From NCBI RefSeq assembly GCF_000737315.1, contig NZ_JMCB01000012.1:237615-301614 (forward strand): DNA of 64,000 bases, written 5' to 3'. Shown one piece after another: positions 10,933 to 21,400 of the stretch; within the stretch, counting starts at the first letter, position 1; each line of letters begins with the position of its first letter. The notes below the pieces were generated by a model that ran no database searches, was not told the DNA's origin, and saw only the letters and a program-made list of their open reading frames with translations. The position numbers and the translations under genes are program-made. Source of the stretch: Hyalangium minutum. GTDB lineage: Bacteria; Myxococcota; Myxococcia; Myxococcales; Myxococcaceae.

Positions 10933-11841
10933 CTACTGCATCGAGCGGAGCACGACCGGCTCCAGCTGGAACACCACGGAGAATGGGTCCACCGTGGGGG
11001 GGCGCTCTCCTTCCTGCAGGGGTGGAAGCTCGAGGGAGTGCTCTGCCGGCGTCTGCGGATTGAAGCGGATGCGCACTTCCTGCCCGCTCACGAGCGACCG
11101 GAAGGCCTGCTCTTGACGCCGCGCCGCCGCGAGGTGAGCCCGGCGCTCCTTCCGGGAGGATCCGGGCGAATGGTCGCTCGGGGTCATCTCCGAGATGGGC
11201 GGCGTCGGCTTGACCGCGAACACATACCCAGTGCCGCCCACGCTGTAGCGATAGTGCGCGTACGAGGCGCTCCCGCTCCCCGCGATCCCACCGAACACGC
11301 CCGTGACGGGCGTCCAGCTGGCGACCCTCGGATCATTCGCGGGCACAAGGAGCAGGCCCTCGCGAAGAAAACGGAGCCGCTGATCCCAGTGCTCGATGTC
11401 ACGGAGCACTTCCTCCACTGGCGCGGTGAGCAGCCGAGTGCTTCCGGGACGCCTGCCCAGCGGCCGGATGGGGCGGTTCATCATCTCCTTCAGGAGCGGA
11501 TCGAGGATCTCGTGCTTCGAGGGATCCGAGACGCTGTAGCGCACCCGGAACGCGCGCGGCATCGAGAGCCCGTCGTACCACTCGGCCGGAGTTCCCCCTC
11601 CCAGGGCCCGGTGCACCTCGTCCCACGGCGTGTCGTAGAGGAAGCAGTGCTCGCTCCCTCCCACGCAGTAGCCATAGAGGAACAGCGTCTCGTCGGCGAA
11701 GCCCGTCTTGCCGTAGAGGATCGCCTCGACCTCCGCCGTAGGCCCGGCCAGCGGCTCCGCCTTCTGGACGGGCAGCCGATAGAGCCAGGTGGACAGGTCC
11801 GACAACGCCGTGCGGACATCGGGAAGAGGAGCAGGAGGCAT
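10933..11841 (-). CDS. hypothetical protein with two DUF3592-like beta domains
   Basis: Two copies of YxYxVGG...(V/F)RxR(Y/F)...P..H. Confidence 0.6.
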   Translation of the reverse strand: MPPAPLPDVRTALSDLSTWLYRLPVQKAEPLAGPTAEVEAILYGKTGFADETLFLYGYCVGGSEHCFLYDTPWDEVHRALGGGTPAEWYDGLSMPRAFRVRYSVSDPSKHEILDPLLKEMMNRPIRPLGRRPGSTRLLTAPVEEVLRDIEHWDQRLRFLREGLLLVPANDPRVASWTPVTGVFGGIAGSGSASYAHYRYSVGGTGYVFAVKPTPPISEMTPSDHSPGSSRKERRAHLAAARRQEQAFRSLVSGQEVRIRFNPQTPAEHSLELPPLQEGERPPTVDPFSVVFQLEPVVLRSMQ

Positions 11842-11897
11842 GCGGAAGATCCTACTCGGGACTCGCGGAGCGGCCACTCGGGAGCCGTGGCTCCCGT

Positions 11898-13238
11898 TCA
11901 CCGCTCCTCGGGCACGGAGGACTCCAACAGCTTGTAGAGCGTCTTGCGATCCACGCCCAACAGCCGGGCCGCCTCGCTCTTGTTGCCACCCACGTGCTGG
12001 AGCACGTGCGCCGCGTACCGCCGGGACAGCACCTCCAGGCTCGGCAAGTCCTCCGCCAGCCCCGTGGCCTTCTCCGGCGCGTCCCCGATGGGCTCCGGGA
12101 AGTCCTGCGGCCCCAGCACTCCTGTCACGTTGAGCGCCAGCGCCCGCGCCACCACGTTCTCCAGCTGCCGCACGTTGCCCGGCCAGTCGTACGCCGCCAG
12201 CCGCGCCATGCCCTCCGCCGTCACCACCGGCTTCACGCCGCCCCGCGCGTGCAGCGCCGCGAAGTGCTCCACCAGCGCCGCGATGTCCTCCCGCCGCTCG
12301 CGCAGCGGCGGCAGGTGCAGGTGCACCACGTCCAGCCGGTACAGCAAATCCTCGCGGAAATCCCCCTCCGCCACCCGCGCCTTCAAGTCCTTGTTCGTCG
12401 CCGCCACCACCCGCACGTCCACCTTCACCGGGGCGCTCTCGCCCACGCGGCGGATCTCCCCCTCCTGCAGCACGCGCAAGAGCTGGGACTGCACCTTCAT
12501 CCCCACGTCGCCAATCTCGTCCAGGAACAGCGTGCCGCCGTGGGCTTCCTCGAACAGGCCGCGCCGTGCACCCACCGCTCCCGTGAAGGCCCCTCGCGCG
12601 TGGCCGAACAGCTCGCTCTCCATGAGCGACTCGGCGATGGCACCGCAGTCCACCGGGATGAACGGACCGCCCGCCCGCGCCGAGCGCTTGTGCAGCGCCC
12701 GCGCCACCATCTCCTTGCCCGTCCCCGTCTCGCCCGTAATGAGCACCGGCACCAGCGTCGCCGCCGCCCGCGCCACCTGCTTGTAGACCTCCAGCAGCGC
12801 CGGGCTCCGCCCCACCAGCGTGCTGCGCTCCACCTGCTTGCGCAGCGAGCGGTTCTCCTCCACCAGCCGCTTCTGCTCCAGCGCCCGCTTCGCCACCCGC
12901 AGGATGGCGTCCACGTCGAAGGGCTTGGCCAGGTAGTCGAAGGCCCCCTGCTGGATGCTGTCCAGCGCGCCCTCGATGTTCCCGAACGCCGTCACCACGA
13001 TGACGGGCGTGTCCGGCAGTCGCGCCTTCACCGCCTGGAGCACGTGGAGCCCATCCCCGGGGTTGGGCATCGCCATGTCCGTGAGCACCAGGTCGAACGG
13101 CCCCTCCTCGACCAGCCGCTCCTCGGCGGCCTTCGGGTCGGCGGCCAGCACCACCTCGCCCAGCGTGCCCAGCAGCCGCCGGAGCAAGTCCCTCGCGTGC
13201 GGATCATCGTCCACCGCGAGCAGGCGCACGGGGTTCAT
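11898..13238 (-). CDS. sigma54-dependent response regulator (NtrC/AtoC family enhancer-binding protein)
   Basis: REC (DD, DMAMP, KPF), AAA+ GETGTGKE, GAFTGA, LFLDEIG and C-terminal Fis-type HTH. Confidence 0.95.
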   Translation of the reverse strand: MNPVRLLAVDDDPHARDLLRRLLGTLGEVVLAADPKAAEERLVEEGPFDLVLTDMAMPNPGDGLHVLQAVKARLPDTPVIVVTAFGNIEGALDSIQQGAFDYLAKPFDVDAILRVAKRALEQKRLVEENRSLRKQVERSTLVGRSPALLEVYKQVARAAATLVPVLITGETGTGKEMVARALHKRSARAGGPFIPVDCGAIAESLMESELFGHARGAFTGAVGARRGLFEEAHGGTLFLDEIGDVGMKVQSQLLRVLQEGEIRRVGESAPVKVDVRVVAATNKDLKARVAEGDFREDLLYRLDVVHLHLPPLRERREDIAALVEHFAALHARGGVKPVVTAEGMARLAAYDWPGNVRQLENVVARALALNVTGVLGPQDFPEPIGDAPEKATGLAEDLPSLEVLSRRYAAHVLQHVGGNKSEAARLLGVDRKTLYKLLESSVPEER

Positions 13239-14647
13239 GGCGCCACCTTGCGCGCGGCGGGAGCCAACTCGGGCAATGCCGCCACCACCGGGCTCAACCG
13301 CGGGAACCGGACCGTCATCGTCGTGCCCACGCCTTCTTGGGACTCCACACTCAAAGTGCCCCCGTGGGCCTCCACCAGCCGCTTCGCCGTGGCGAGCCCC
13401 AACCCATGTCCCGGCAAGCCGCGGGCCTCGGGCGCGCGGAAGAACGGCTGGAAGAGCGAACTCCGGGTGGCCGCGCTCATTCCCATCCCGTTGTCCTTCA
13501 CCTCCAGCACCGCCTCACTGCCCACCGAGGCCACGCACACAGAGACGCTCGGAGAGGGCCGCCCCGCCGTGTACTTCACCGCGTTGGACACCAGGTTGCG
13601 CGCCACCACCTGCAGCAACTGGTTGGGGCAGTCCACCCGCACGCCCGGCTCCAGCTCGCGCTCCAGCGCCACGCCCTGCGCCGCCGCCGTCTGCGACAAC
13701 TCCAGCAGCACCGTGCTCACCGTCGTGTCCAGTTCCGCCGAGGTGCGCTCGCCCCGCGTGCCCGCCCGGCAGAAGCGCAGCAGGGCCTCGATGAGCTCGC
13801 CCATCCGCACCGCGCTCGACTCGCACTGCGCCAGCATCTCCAGCGCCCCGTCGTCCTGCACCGCGCCCGTGCGCCGGATCAACGTCAGGTAGCCCTTCAG
13901 TGGCGCCAGCGGGCCCATCAAGTCATGCGCTACCCGGCGGGTGAAGGAGTCCAGCTCTTGGTTGGCCCGGCCCAGCTCTTCAATCTGCCGCTGGATGGTG
14001 CCCTCCTGCCGCCGCAGCACCGAGGTGATGTGCCAACCCACCAGCAGCGACACGAGCACCGCCACCAGCGTCACGCCTGCCCCCAGCATCGTCGTGCGCA
14101 CACGCATGGCCGCCAGGTTCGCCACCAGTTCCTGGGTCTCCGCAGAGTTCTCCTGCGCCAACTGTGTGGCCTGCGTGTCCACCTCCAACAGCAGCGGGCG
14201 GATGCGCTCGGCCAGGTGGTGGCGGGCCCGCTCGGCCTCCTGGCGCAGCGAGAGCACGGCCGTCGCCCGCGTTTGATCCGCCAGCGTCCGGCAGGACGCG
14301 TTGAAGCGCTGCCAGGCCGCCTTCTCGCCCGGGGGCAGGTTGCGCGTGGAGGCCTCAGTGGAGCGGCGGATGCTCTCGAGGATGTCCTCCATCACCGCGT
14401 TGGCGGCCTGGCGCTCCTCGTCATCCCTGGCGCGAATGTGGGCCTCGATGGCGCTCTCCAGCGAGAACACATCCACGCGGATGCGGCCGATCAGTTGCTC
14501 GCGATCCAGGGCCTCGCGCACCAGCGCGTCCACCTGCTGGCCGGTGCGCACCTCCGTCCAAAGGGTGAAGCCCGCCACGGCCGACAGCAACGCCACCGCG
14601 AAGAGGAAACCCGCCCGGTAGCCACGAATGGGGGCGCGCGCGCTCAC
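13235..14647 (-). CDS. membrane sensor histidine kinase (4-helix-bundle sensor, HisKA, HATPase)
   Basis: Two TMs, VAHDLMGPL H-box, NAVKY, DNGMG and GHGLGL; GTG at 14647 with GAGGGA RBS; 4-bp overlap with the EBP gene. Confidence 0.92.
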   Translation of the reverse strand: MSARAPIRGYRAGFLFAVALLSAVAGFTLWTEVRTGQQVDALVREALDREQLIGRIRVDVFSLESAIEAHIRARDDEERQAANAVMEDILESIRRSTEASTRNLPPGEKAAWQRFNASCRTLADQTRATAVLSLRQEAERARHHLAERIRPLLLEVDTQATQLAQENSAETQELVANLAAMRVRTTMLGAGVTLVAVLVSLLVGWHITSVLRRQEGTIQRQIEELGRANQELDSFTRRVAHDLMGPLAPLKGYLTLIRRTGAVQDDGALEMLAQCESSAVRMGELIEALLRFCRAGTRGERTSAELDTTVSTVLLELSQTAAAQGVALERELEPGVRVDCPNQLLQVVARNLVSNAVKYTAGRPSPSVSVCVASVGSEAVLEVKDNGMGMSAATRSSLFQPFFRAPEARGLPGHGLGLATAKRLVEAHGGTLSVESQEGVGTTMTVRFPRLSPVVAALPELAPAARKVAP

Positions 14648-14654
14648 ACTTCCC

Positions 14655-15134
14655 TCAGGGCGCAGCCCCCTGCCCACCACCCGGCGCGGGTGCCGGTCTT
14701 GTCGCGGGAGCCGTGGCCGGCGCGGAGGACTCCGACTGAGAGCTGTGCCGCCGCGCACGAGAGAGCGCCGACTCGAACCACACGTCCGCCATCTCCTCGT
14801 GAATCTCCGTCAGCTCGCGCTGCCGGGCCTGCAGTTGGGCGTTGTGCTCCTCGAGGGCGTGCCGCTCGACTTCCCCGCGCACCAGCTCCTCACTCAACAC
14901 TTGCTGGGCCTGCTCGGCTTCGGCGCGCTCGAGCTGGAGCGCTTCCATCGCCGCCTCCGTGGCCGCCAGCCGCTGGGCCAGCTCCTCCGCACGCGCGCGC
15001 TCTTCCTCATAATGGCGACGCCACGCCTCCACTTCCAGCACCTGGGCGGGGCTCGGAGATGGCACGACAGGTGGGACTGTCGCGCACCCCATTCCCCACC
15101 CCGCAACCACCGTAGCGATGAAGAGGTACCGCAT
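14655..15134 (-). CDS. coiled-coil lipoprotein, first gene of the HK/EBP operon
   Basis: MRYLFIATVVAGWGMGC lipobox followed by a long Glu/Ala/Gln heptad helix. Confidence 0.75.
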   Translation of the reverse strand: MRYLFIATVVAGWGMGCATVPPVVPSPSPAQVLEVEAWRRHYEEERARAEELAQRLAATEAAMEALQLERAEAEQAQQVLSEELVRGEVERHALEEHNAQLQARQRELTEIHEEMADVWFESALSRARRHSSQSESSAPATAPATRPAPAPGGGQGAAP

Positions 15135-15188
15135 GACCCGCACATTGCAGAAGCGCGGGGATTCCGTCAAAGACCCGCCGGGTGACCT

Positions 15189-15238
15189 TGGGGAGTAGCT
15201 CCTCACCGTTTGAGAACCAAATGAGGAGGAACTCCCCA
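15189..15238. promoter_or_regulatory. long inverted repeat, candidate EBP enhancer
   Basis: GGGGAGTAGCTCCTCA-N16-TGAGGAGGAACTCCCC (14/16 match), centred about 90 bp upstream of the predicted sigma54 start site. Confidence 0.6.
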
Positions 15239-15278
15239 CGCCGTGGCCCACGCGGGCTCGGCTCCGAGGAAGCGGCGA

Positions 15279-15294
15279 TGGCACGGGGGCTGCT
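15279..15294 (+). promoter_or_regulatory. sigma54 -24/-12 promoter
   Basis: TGGCACG-GGGG-CTGCT with exact GG-N10-GC spacing, upstream of the gene at 15361. Confidence 0.75.
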
Positions 15295-15360
15295 CTAGCG
15301 AGCCGGTGCACACGGACGCATCTCGCGCCGTCGCTGCCCCAACTATCGGAGCTTTCCACC

Positions 15361-15624
15361 ATGAAGAAGATCATCGCCGCCGTCGTGTTCGTTGCCGCCA
15401 CCGCGTTCGCCAATGAGCCGGCCAAGACCGCCGAGACCAAGCCGGCCGCTCCTGCCGCTGCCCCTGCCGCCCCGGCTCCTGCCGCCCCGGCCGAGACGAA
15501 GACCGAGACGAAGACCGAGGAGAAGACCGAGGCCGCCCCGGCCGGTGAGAAGACCGAGAAGAAGACCACCAAGAAGACCACCACCAAGAAGACCGACGCG
15601 GCGAAGACCCCGGAGACCAAGTAG
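15361..15624 (+). CDS. small secreted Ala/Pro/Thr/Lys/Glu-rich protein
   Basis: Sec signal MKKIIAAVVFVAATAFA, low-complexity mature part, GGAG RBS. Confidence 0.85.
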   Translation: MKKIIAAVVFVAATAFANEPAKTAETKPAAPAAAPAAPAPAAPAETKTETKTEEKTEAAPAGEKTEKKTTKKTTTKKTDAAKTPETK

Positions 15625-15657
15625 TCACCGGTCGCCTCAAGGCGAGCGAGCTTGCAG

Positions 15658-15687
15658 GGGGTGCCCTCTCTTCGGAGGCGGCACCCC
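15658..15687 (+). terminator. stem-loop downstream of the small secreted protein gene
   Basis: GGGGTGCC...TTCG...GGCACCCC hairpin. Confidence 0.6.
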
Positions 15688-15790
15688 TTCGCATTTTCAG
15701 GGCAGCGCGCGATCAGCCCCAGTCCTACCCTGCCCCACCCAAAATACAGCAAAAACGTGATTTGACAGAAAGATCAAAAACAGGCTTAAT

Positions 15791-15810
15791 CCGTTCTTAG
15801 GGAATAACGG
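15791..15810. promoter_or_regulatory. imperfect palindrome in the AT-rich promoter region of the GAF gene
   Basis: CCGTTCTT-AGGG-AATAACGG within the AT-rich stretch 15730-15820. Confidence 0.4.
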
Positions 15811-15838
15811 AATATCCCGTGAACCCGGGGAGCCGCCG

Positions 15839-16420
15839 ATGATCGAAATCTTCGCGAAGATCTCTGAGGCCACGAAGCTGCTGATGGAGACGGGCTTCAG
15901 CCCGGCCCACGTCACGGCGGCGCTGGGCCACATCGGCTCCTCGGTGGGAGTGGACCGCATCACCCTCTTCGAGAACCAGCCGTTCCCTATCAAGGGCCGC
16001 CTGCTGATGGATGCGCGCTTCGGGTGGGCCGCTCCGAACATGCCCTCCATGCTCGAGTCGCCGACGATGAAGCAGTTCTCCCTGCGCGAGGCGGCGCCCC
16101 TCTGGGCCGACGCGCTCGCGGCGGGCCAGACGGTCTCCAGCGTGGCGAACGTCGCGCCGCCCCGGCTGAAGCTGCTGCTGACCCACCTCCAGACGCAGTC
16201 GATGCTCCTGGCCCCTATCCAAGCGGGCAGGGAGAAGTGGGGCTTCATCTTCATGGAGGACTGCCGCAAGGCCCGCGTGTGGACCGCCGAGGAAGTCACC
16301 CTGCTCAAGTCCCTGGCGGGCGGGCTCGGCACGGCGCTGCGCCACAAGCAGATGCGCTCCAACCTCTCGCAGACCCGCACGCAGCTGGCGGAGATGGTCC
16401 TGCTGAGCGGCACCCGCTGA
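15839..16420 (+). CDS. stand-alone GAF domain protein
   Basis: GVDRITLFE...SMLLAPI..GREKWGFIFMEDCRKARVWTAEEVTLLKSLA; no output domain. Confidence 0.85.
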   Translation: MIEIFAKISEATKLLMETGFSPAHVTAALGHIGSSVGVDRITLFENQPFPIKGRLLMDARFGWAAPNMPSMLESPTMKQFSLREAAPLWADALAAGQTVSSVANVAPPRLKLLLTHLQTQSMLLAPIQAGREKWGFIFMEDCRKARVWTAEEVTLLKSLAGGLGTALRHKQMRSNLSQTRTQLAEMVLLSGTR

Positions 16421-16530
16421 GCCCCTTTCCGCTGGGCCGCATTCCAGTCACGACGGAAGCAGAAGAGGCCCTGCTCCCAGGGGGTTCGTCACGCCCCAAG
16501 GTCTGCTAGCCTGCTGCTGCTTCCATCGCC

Positions 16531-18363
16531 ATGGCATCCCTGGACACCACCGCCATCAGCCGGCGCCCCGCGGCTGAGACCATCCCTGGCTACCGCCTCG
16601 AAAACCTCGTCGGCATGGGAGGCATGGGTGAGGTCCACAAGGCCATCCAGCTCTCCCTGGGCCGCATCGTCGCGGTCAAGCTGCTCAACCCCGAGCTGGC
16701 CAAGGACCCCGCCTTCGTGGCGCGGTTCGACAAGGAGGCCGCGGCGCTGGCCGCCCTCTCGCACCCCAACATCGTCTCCATCGTCGACAAGGGGCGCTCG
16801 GACACCACCTACTTCCTGGTGATGGAGTTCGTGGAGGGGCCCTCGCTGCGCGAGCAGGTCCGCTCCCCGCTGCTCACGCCCAAGGAAGCCCTGCGGATGA
16901 TGATGGAGATCTGCCGGGCCGTGGAGTACGCGCACAGCCGTGGCGTCATCCACCGCGACCTGAAGCCAGAGAACATCCTCTTCGATCAGCAGGCCGGCGG
17001 GCTGGCCAAGGTGACGGACTTCGGGCTGGCCTCGTTCCTGGACGACGCCAACTCGCGCTACAACCTCACCAGCACCCATGTCTCCATGGGCACGCTCTCG
17101 TACATGGCGCCCGAGCAGCGCGTGGACGCGAAGACCGCCGACAAGCGCGCGGACATCTTCTCGCTGGGCGTCATCCTCTATGAGCTGCTCACGGGCGAGG
17201 TGCCGCTGGGCACGTTCGATCCGCCCTCCGCGACCAAGCCGGGCATCGACTCGCGGCTGGATGCCATCGTCGGCCGCTGCCTGAAGCCGGACCCCGACGA
17301 GCGCTACTCCACGGTGGCCGAGATGATGGCCGACCTGGAGCCGCTGGCCCCGGTGATCACCTCGCAGCCGCCCAAGCCGCTCACCGTCATTCAGCGCGTG
17401 AAGGCGGGCGTGGGGCGCGCGGCGCGCTTCACCGGGCGGGTGGTGGCCACGCTGCTGGTGCTGGCGGCGGCGGGCGAGCTCGGCCGGGAGTGGCTGCAGA
17501 CGAAGATGAAACTCCCGCCAATCATAGCGGGCACGGCGCTCTCCAGCGATCTCGGACCGACTTCCGTGAAGAGCATCGCGGGCCGCAAGGTCAAGGGCAC
17601 CGAGCGCCGCTCCATGGAGATGGGCGAGGGCGCCGATCAGCTCTACTTCCTCGTCTCGGGCCGCACACTGGACATTGACGGCAAAGCCCTGGTGTTCCCC
17701 GCTCTCAGCAGGGACCACAAATCCCGCACAGGGCAGGCCGTGGCGGATGTAGATGTAATGGAGATGGAGGGAGACACCGCCCTGCTCAAGGCAGATGTGC
17801 TCACGAGCAATCCCGCGCCCACGCCCATAGAGGAGGCCCGCAACTTCCTCCTCGGAGAGCCACCTGCCCCGCAGGCAGCGCTCATGCTCGTGGGCGTCCC
17901 TGGACGCTTCGTGGGACTCGTCCAAGAGGGCTCGGGCGCCCCGCTGCGGCTGGAGTGGGTGCTCGGGGAGCGCCGGGGTACCATGCTCGGCCAAGCCTCT
18001 CCCGAGGGGGTCGTGCACTTTGAGATGGAGGTGGACGCAGAGGGCATGCTGAGGGGCTTCGTGGGTACCGGCAAGGACCGGCGACCCATCGGTGAGCCGC
18101 TCATCCTCGGCCGCGAGTGGCAGAAGCAGTTCGGTGAGCTGCCCCGCGCGGCAGTCGGCTGCATCGACGGCACCTGCCGGGTGGAGGGCTTGAGCTACAG
18201 CGTCCGGAAGGCCTCGAACGCGCCTCCCACGGCCGTGGCCGAGGCCCCCGTCAGCCGCCCCACCCCCGTCGCCACCAAGCCGGCCGTCAAGCTCGCGCCT
18301 CCCGCGAAGAAGCCGCCCGCCAAGGCTCCAGCGCCGCCTCCCAAGGGGGGAAAGAAGAGGTAG
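16531..18363 (+). CDS. Ser/Thr protein kinase (Hanks type) with TM segment and C-terminal domain
   Basis: GMGGMGEV, VAVK, HRDLKPEN, DFG and GTLSYMAPE motifs. Confidence 0.95.
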   Translation: MASLDTTAISRRPAAETIPGYRLENLVGMGGMGEVHKAIQLSLGRIVAVKLLNPELAKDPAFVARFDKEAAALAALSHPNIVSIVDKGRSDTTYFLVMEFVEGPSLREQVRSPLLTPKEALRMMMEICRAVEYAHSRGVIHRDLKPENILFDQQAGGLAKVTDFGLASFLDDANSRYNLTSTHVSMGTLSYMAPEQRVDAKTADKRADIFSLGVILYELLTGEVPLGTFDPPSATKPGIDSRLDAIVGRCLKPDPDERYSTVAEMMADLEPLAPVITSQPPKPLTVIQRVKAGVGRAARFTGRVVATLLVLAAAGELGREWLQTKMKLPPIIAGTALSSDLGPTSVKSIAGRKVKGTERRSMEMGEGADQLYFLVSGRTLDIDGKALVFPALSRDHKSRTGQAVADVDVMEMEGDTALLKADVLTSNPAPTPIEEARNFLLGEPPAPQAALMLVGVPGRFVGLVQEGSGAPLRLEWVLGERRGTMLGQASPEGVVHFEMEVDAEGMLRGFVGTGKDRRPIGEPLILGREWQKQFGELPRAAVGCIDGTCRVEGLSYSVRKASNAPPTAVAEAPVSRPTPVATKPAVKLAPPAKKPPAKAPAPPPKGGKKR

Positions 18364-18447
18364 CCCCCTCCGCCGCTCTGTTCGGGTGCACACACCCTGC
18401 ATGCGGATGTAGCCCCGCCCCTGGGATTGCATTATCCCTCGGGACCT

Positions 18448-21400
18448 ATGCGCACCTCTCGCGGCCTCCTCGCGCTCGTCGCCCTCGTCGCCGGCCTGTC
18501 CGGCTGTCCCAAACGCTCGCCCTCCGCCACGGATATCCTGGAGTCCGCCGCCGAGCGGGCCCAATCCGGCAGTGGCGAGGCCCGGACGCTGGCCTTCGCG
18601 GGCTTCCACACGTACCTCGTGAAGGGCGACACGGACGCCGCCCGGGCCCGCTTCGACGCCGCCATCGCCAAGGACCCGGGCGACCCGTACGCCCTCATGG
18701 GCCAGCACCTGCTCGCGCGCCGCATGGCCGCCCCGGACCGCGCCCTCACCGCCGCCCTGGAGCTGGTGCAGCGCGCTCCCACCCACCCGCTCGCCGTGCC
18801 TGCGGCGCGCTACATCCTCGACCAGGTGGGCAGCTCGCCCGATCTGGACGCCGTCATCCTCCAGGGCACCCAGAAGGCGCTCGACGCGGGCGCCATAGGC
18901 GAGGCCGCACAGCTCCTGCGCGGCTGCCACCTGGGCGCGGCCCTCGTGAAGGGCGACCGCGAGGCCCTGGCCGCCGCGGTGAAGGACGTGGGCGGTACGC
19001 CCGTGGCCACGCTGGTGGGCCCCTTCTCGCTCTACCACTCGCTGTCCTTCGATGAGCCCATTCCGCCGGAGAAGGATGGCTCGCTGGCGGGCCCCTTCAC
19101 CGGCCCCTACGGCCCGCTCACGCTGCGCACCCTCCAGGCCCCGGACAGCCGCCACCAGTTGGATGGAGAGCCCGGCGAGAGCGACGTCTACCTCCTCGCC
19201 TTCGACGCGGAGGTGGCCGAGGAGGGCGAGTACCTGGCGCGCGCCGTCTCCGCCTCCTCCTTCAAGGTGGTGATGGATGGAGTGCTCCTCTTCGAGCGCC
19301 GCAACTTCGAGCAGACCCAGTCCACCGTCACTGGCAAGGCCCTGCGGCTCTCCGCGGGCAAGCACCGCTTCCTGGTGAAGCTCACCAAGGACAACGGCAC
19401 GGGCACCATCGCCTTCACGCTGCCGCGCGCCGACGGCCGCCCCTCCAATATCCGCTACACACCGGCCACCGGGCCCGCGCCCTCCTGGGCGGGCACGGCG
19501 CCCACCTTCGTGCAGGCCTCCTTCTTCCCCACCGCGGCGGACCTCGCGGCCGCGCTCGAGGGCGAGGCGGGCGGGCTGCTCGCCACCTTCCTGGCCTCCG
19601 TGGACTCCGCGGGCCGGGACCCGGACGGCACTCGGCGCCTGCTGGCGACCCTGCCTCCGGAGCTCATCACCAGCGAGCCCCTGCTCATGCTGAGCGCGAC
19701 GCTGTCCACGCAGGACCGCTCCGTGCCCACCAAGGTGGCGCGCGGCCGGGCCACGAGGGACTTGGAGGCAGCGCTGGCGAAGGACCCCAAGGATGTGTCC
19801 GCGCTGCTGCTGCGCGCGGAGCTGGCGCTCGGTGACAGCCAGGCCGCCGCCGCGCAGGACGTGCTGAAGACCGCGCTGGAGCTGGCTGGCCCGGAGAGCG
19901 TCCCCGTGCAGATGCTGCGAGCCCGCGCGGCCATCGCGCTCGAGGTGGACGCCGAGGCCGAGGAGGCGCTCGCCGCGGCGCTCAAGGCCCAGCCCCGGCT
20001 CTGTGACGCGCTCTCGCTGCGCTACAGCCTGGCCCGCAAGAGGGACGCGGCGGCGCTCATGGACCAGCTCGTCACCGACTTCAATGGCTGTGCGGGCGCG
20101 AGGGCTCGCGCCGCGGAGCACGCGCGCCAGCGGGGTGACACCGCCACCGCCGCGAAGCTCTATGAGGAGCTGCTCGTGCGGGACCCCGGCAGCGTGAGCA
20201 CGTCCCTGACGCTGTCGAACCTCTACGTGTCGCTGCGCCGCTATGACGATGCCGCCAAGACCCTGAAGGAGCTGATGACCCTGTGGCCTCGGAGCTCCTA
20301 CCTTTATAAGCGGCTCGCGGACGTGCGCGAGTACGCGGGCGCGTCGGCGGAGGCGCTGGCGCTGCGCGAGAAGGCGCTGGCCCTGGACGGGAGCGACCTG
20401 GCCCTGCAGCGGGCCGTGGCGCGCGCGAAGACGGGCAAGGAGCTGCTGCAGGACTACGCCATCGACGGCAAGCAGGCCATCGCCGAGTACGAGAAGTCAC
20501 CGGGCGAGCAGAGCGCCGCCGCCACGTACATCCTGGACGCGGCCGCCGTGCAGGTGTTCCCGGATGGCTCGGTGGCCAACCGCATCCACATCGTCCAGAA
20601 GGCGCTGGAGCAGAACGGCATCGAGGACATCGCCGAGGTGACCATCCCCGCGGGCGCCCAGGTGCTGGCGCTGCGCACCATCAAGGCGGACGGCACGGTG
20701 CTGGAGCCGGAGAACATCGAGGGCAAGGACAACATCAGCCTGCCCGGCGTGAACGTGGGCGACTACGTGGAGGTGGAGTACCTGCTGGCCGAGTCCGGCC
20801 GGGGGCCGATGCAGGAGGGCTTCGTCGCCTCGCCCTTCTATTTCCAGATCGCCAACATGACGAACAACTGGACCACGTACACGGTGGTGGCGCCCAAGGG
20901 CACGGGGATGAAGGTGGACTCGCACAAGGTGAAGGTGAACCCGCCGCAGACGAAGGGCGACGTGGAGCTCTTCACCCAGGAGGCCCGGCGGGTGCCGCCG
21001 TGGATCCCCGAGCCCGAGTCTCCTTGGTCCTCCAACGAGTACCTGCCCTTCGTCATCGTGGGCTCGGGGAACACGGGCCAGGACAAGCTGGCGGCCATGT
21101 GGGCGGACACGTTCATCGACCGCTACAAGCGCAACGCGGACATCGAGGCGTTCGCGAAGAAGGTAACCGAGGGCAAGACGGGCCTCGAGGCCGTCAAGGC
21201 GCTGCACGCGGCCATCATGAAGCGCATCCCGGGCCGGGATGTGGGCGTGGTGCAGTCGGCCATCTCCACGCTGGCGCAGGACCGCGGCAGCCGGCTGATG
21301 CTGCTCAAGGCCTCGCTGGAGTCGCTGGGCATCCCCGCGCGGCTGGCGACGGTGCGCACCTTCTCCTCGGATCCCGCGCCTTATCTGTTCCCCAACGATC

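Noticed and set aside
11994-15115. Long plus-strand ORFs (632, 592 and 279 aa)
   Set aside because: Antisense to well-supported EBP and HK genes.
16489-20121. 1210-aa minus-strand ORF
   Set aside because: Antisense shadow of the kinase and TPR genes; Arg/Gly/Ala-rich with no motifs, typical of high-GC DNA.
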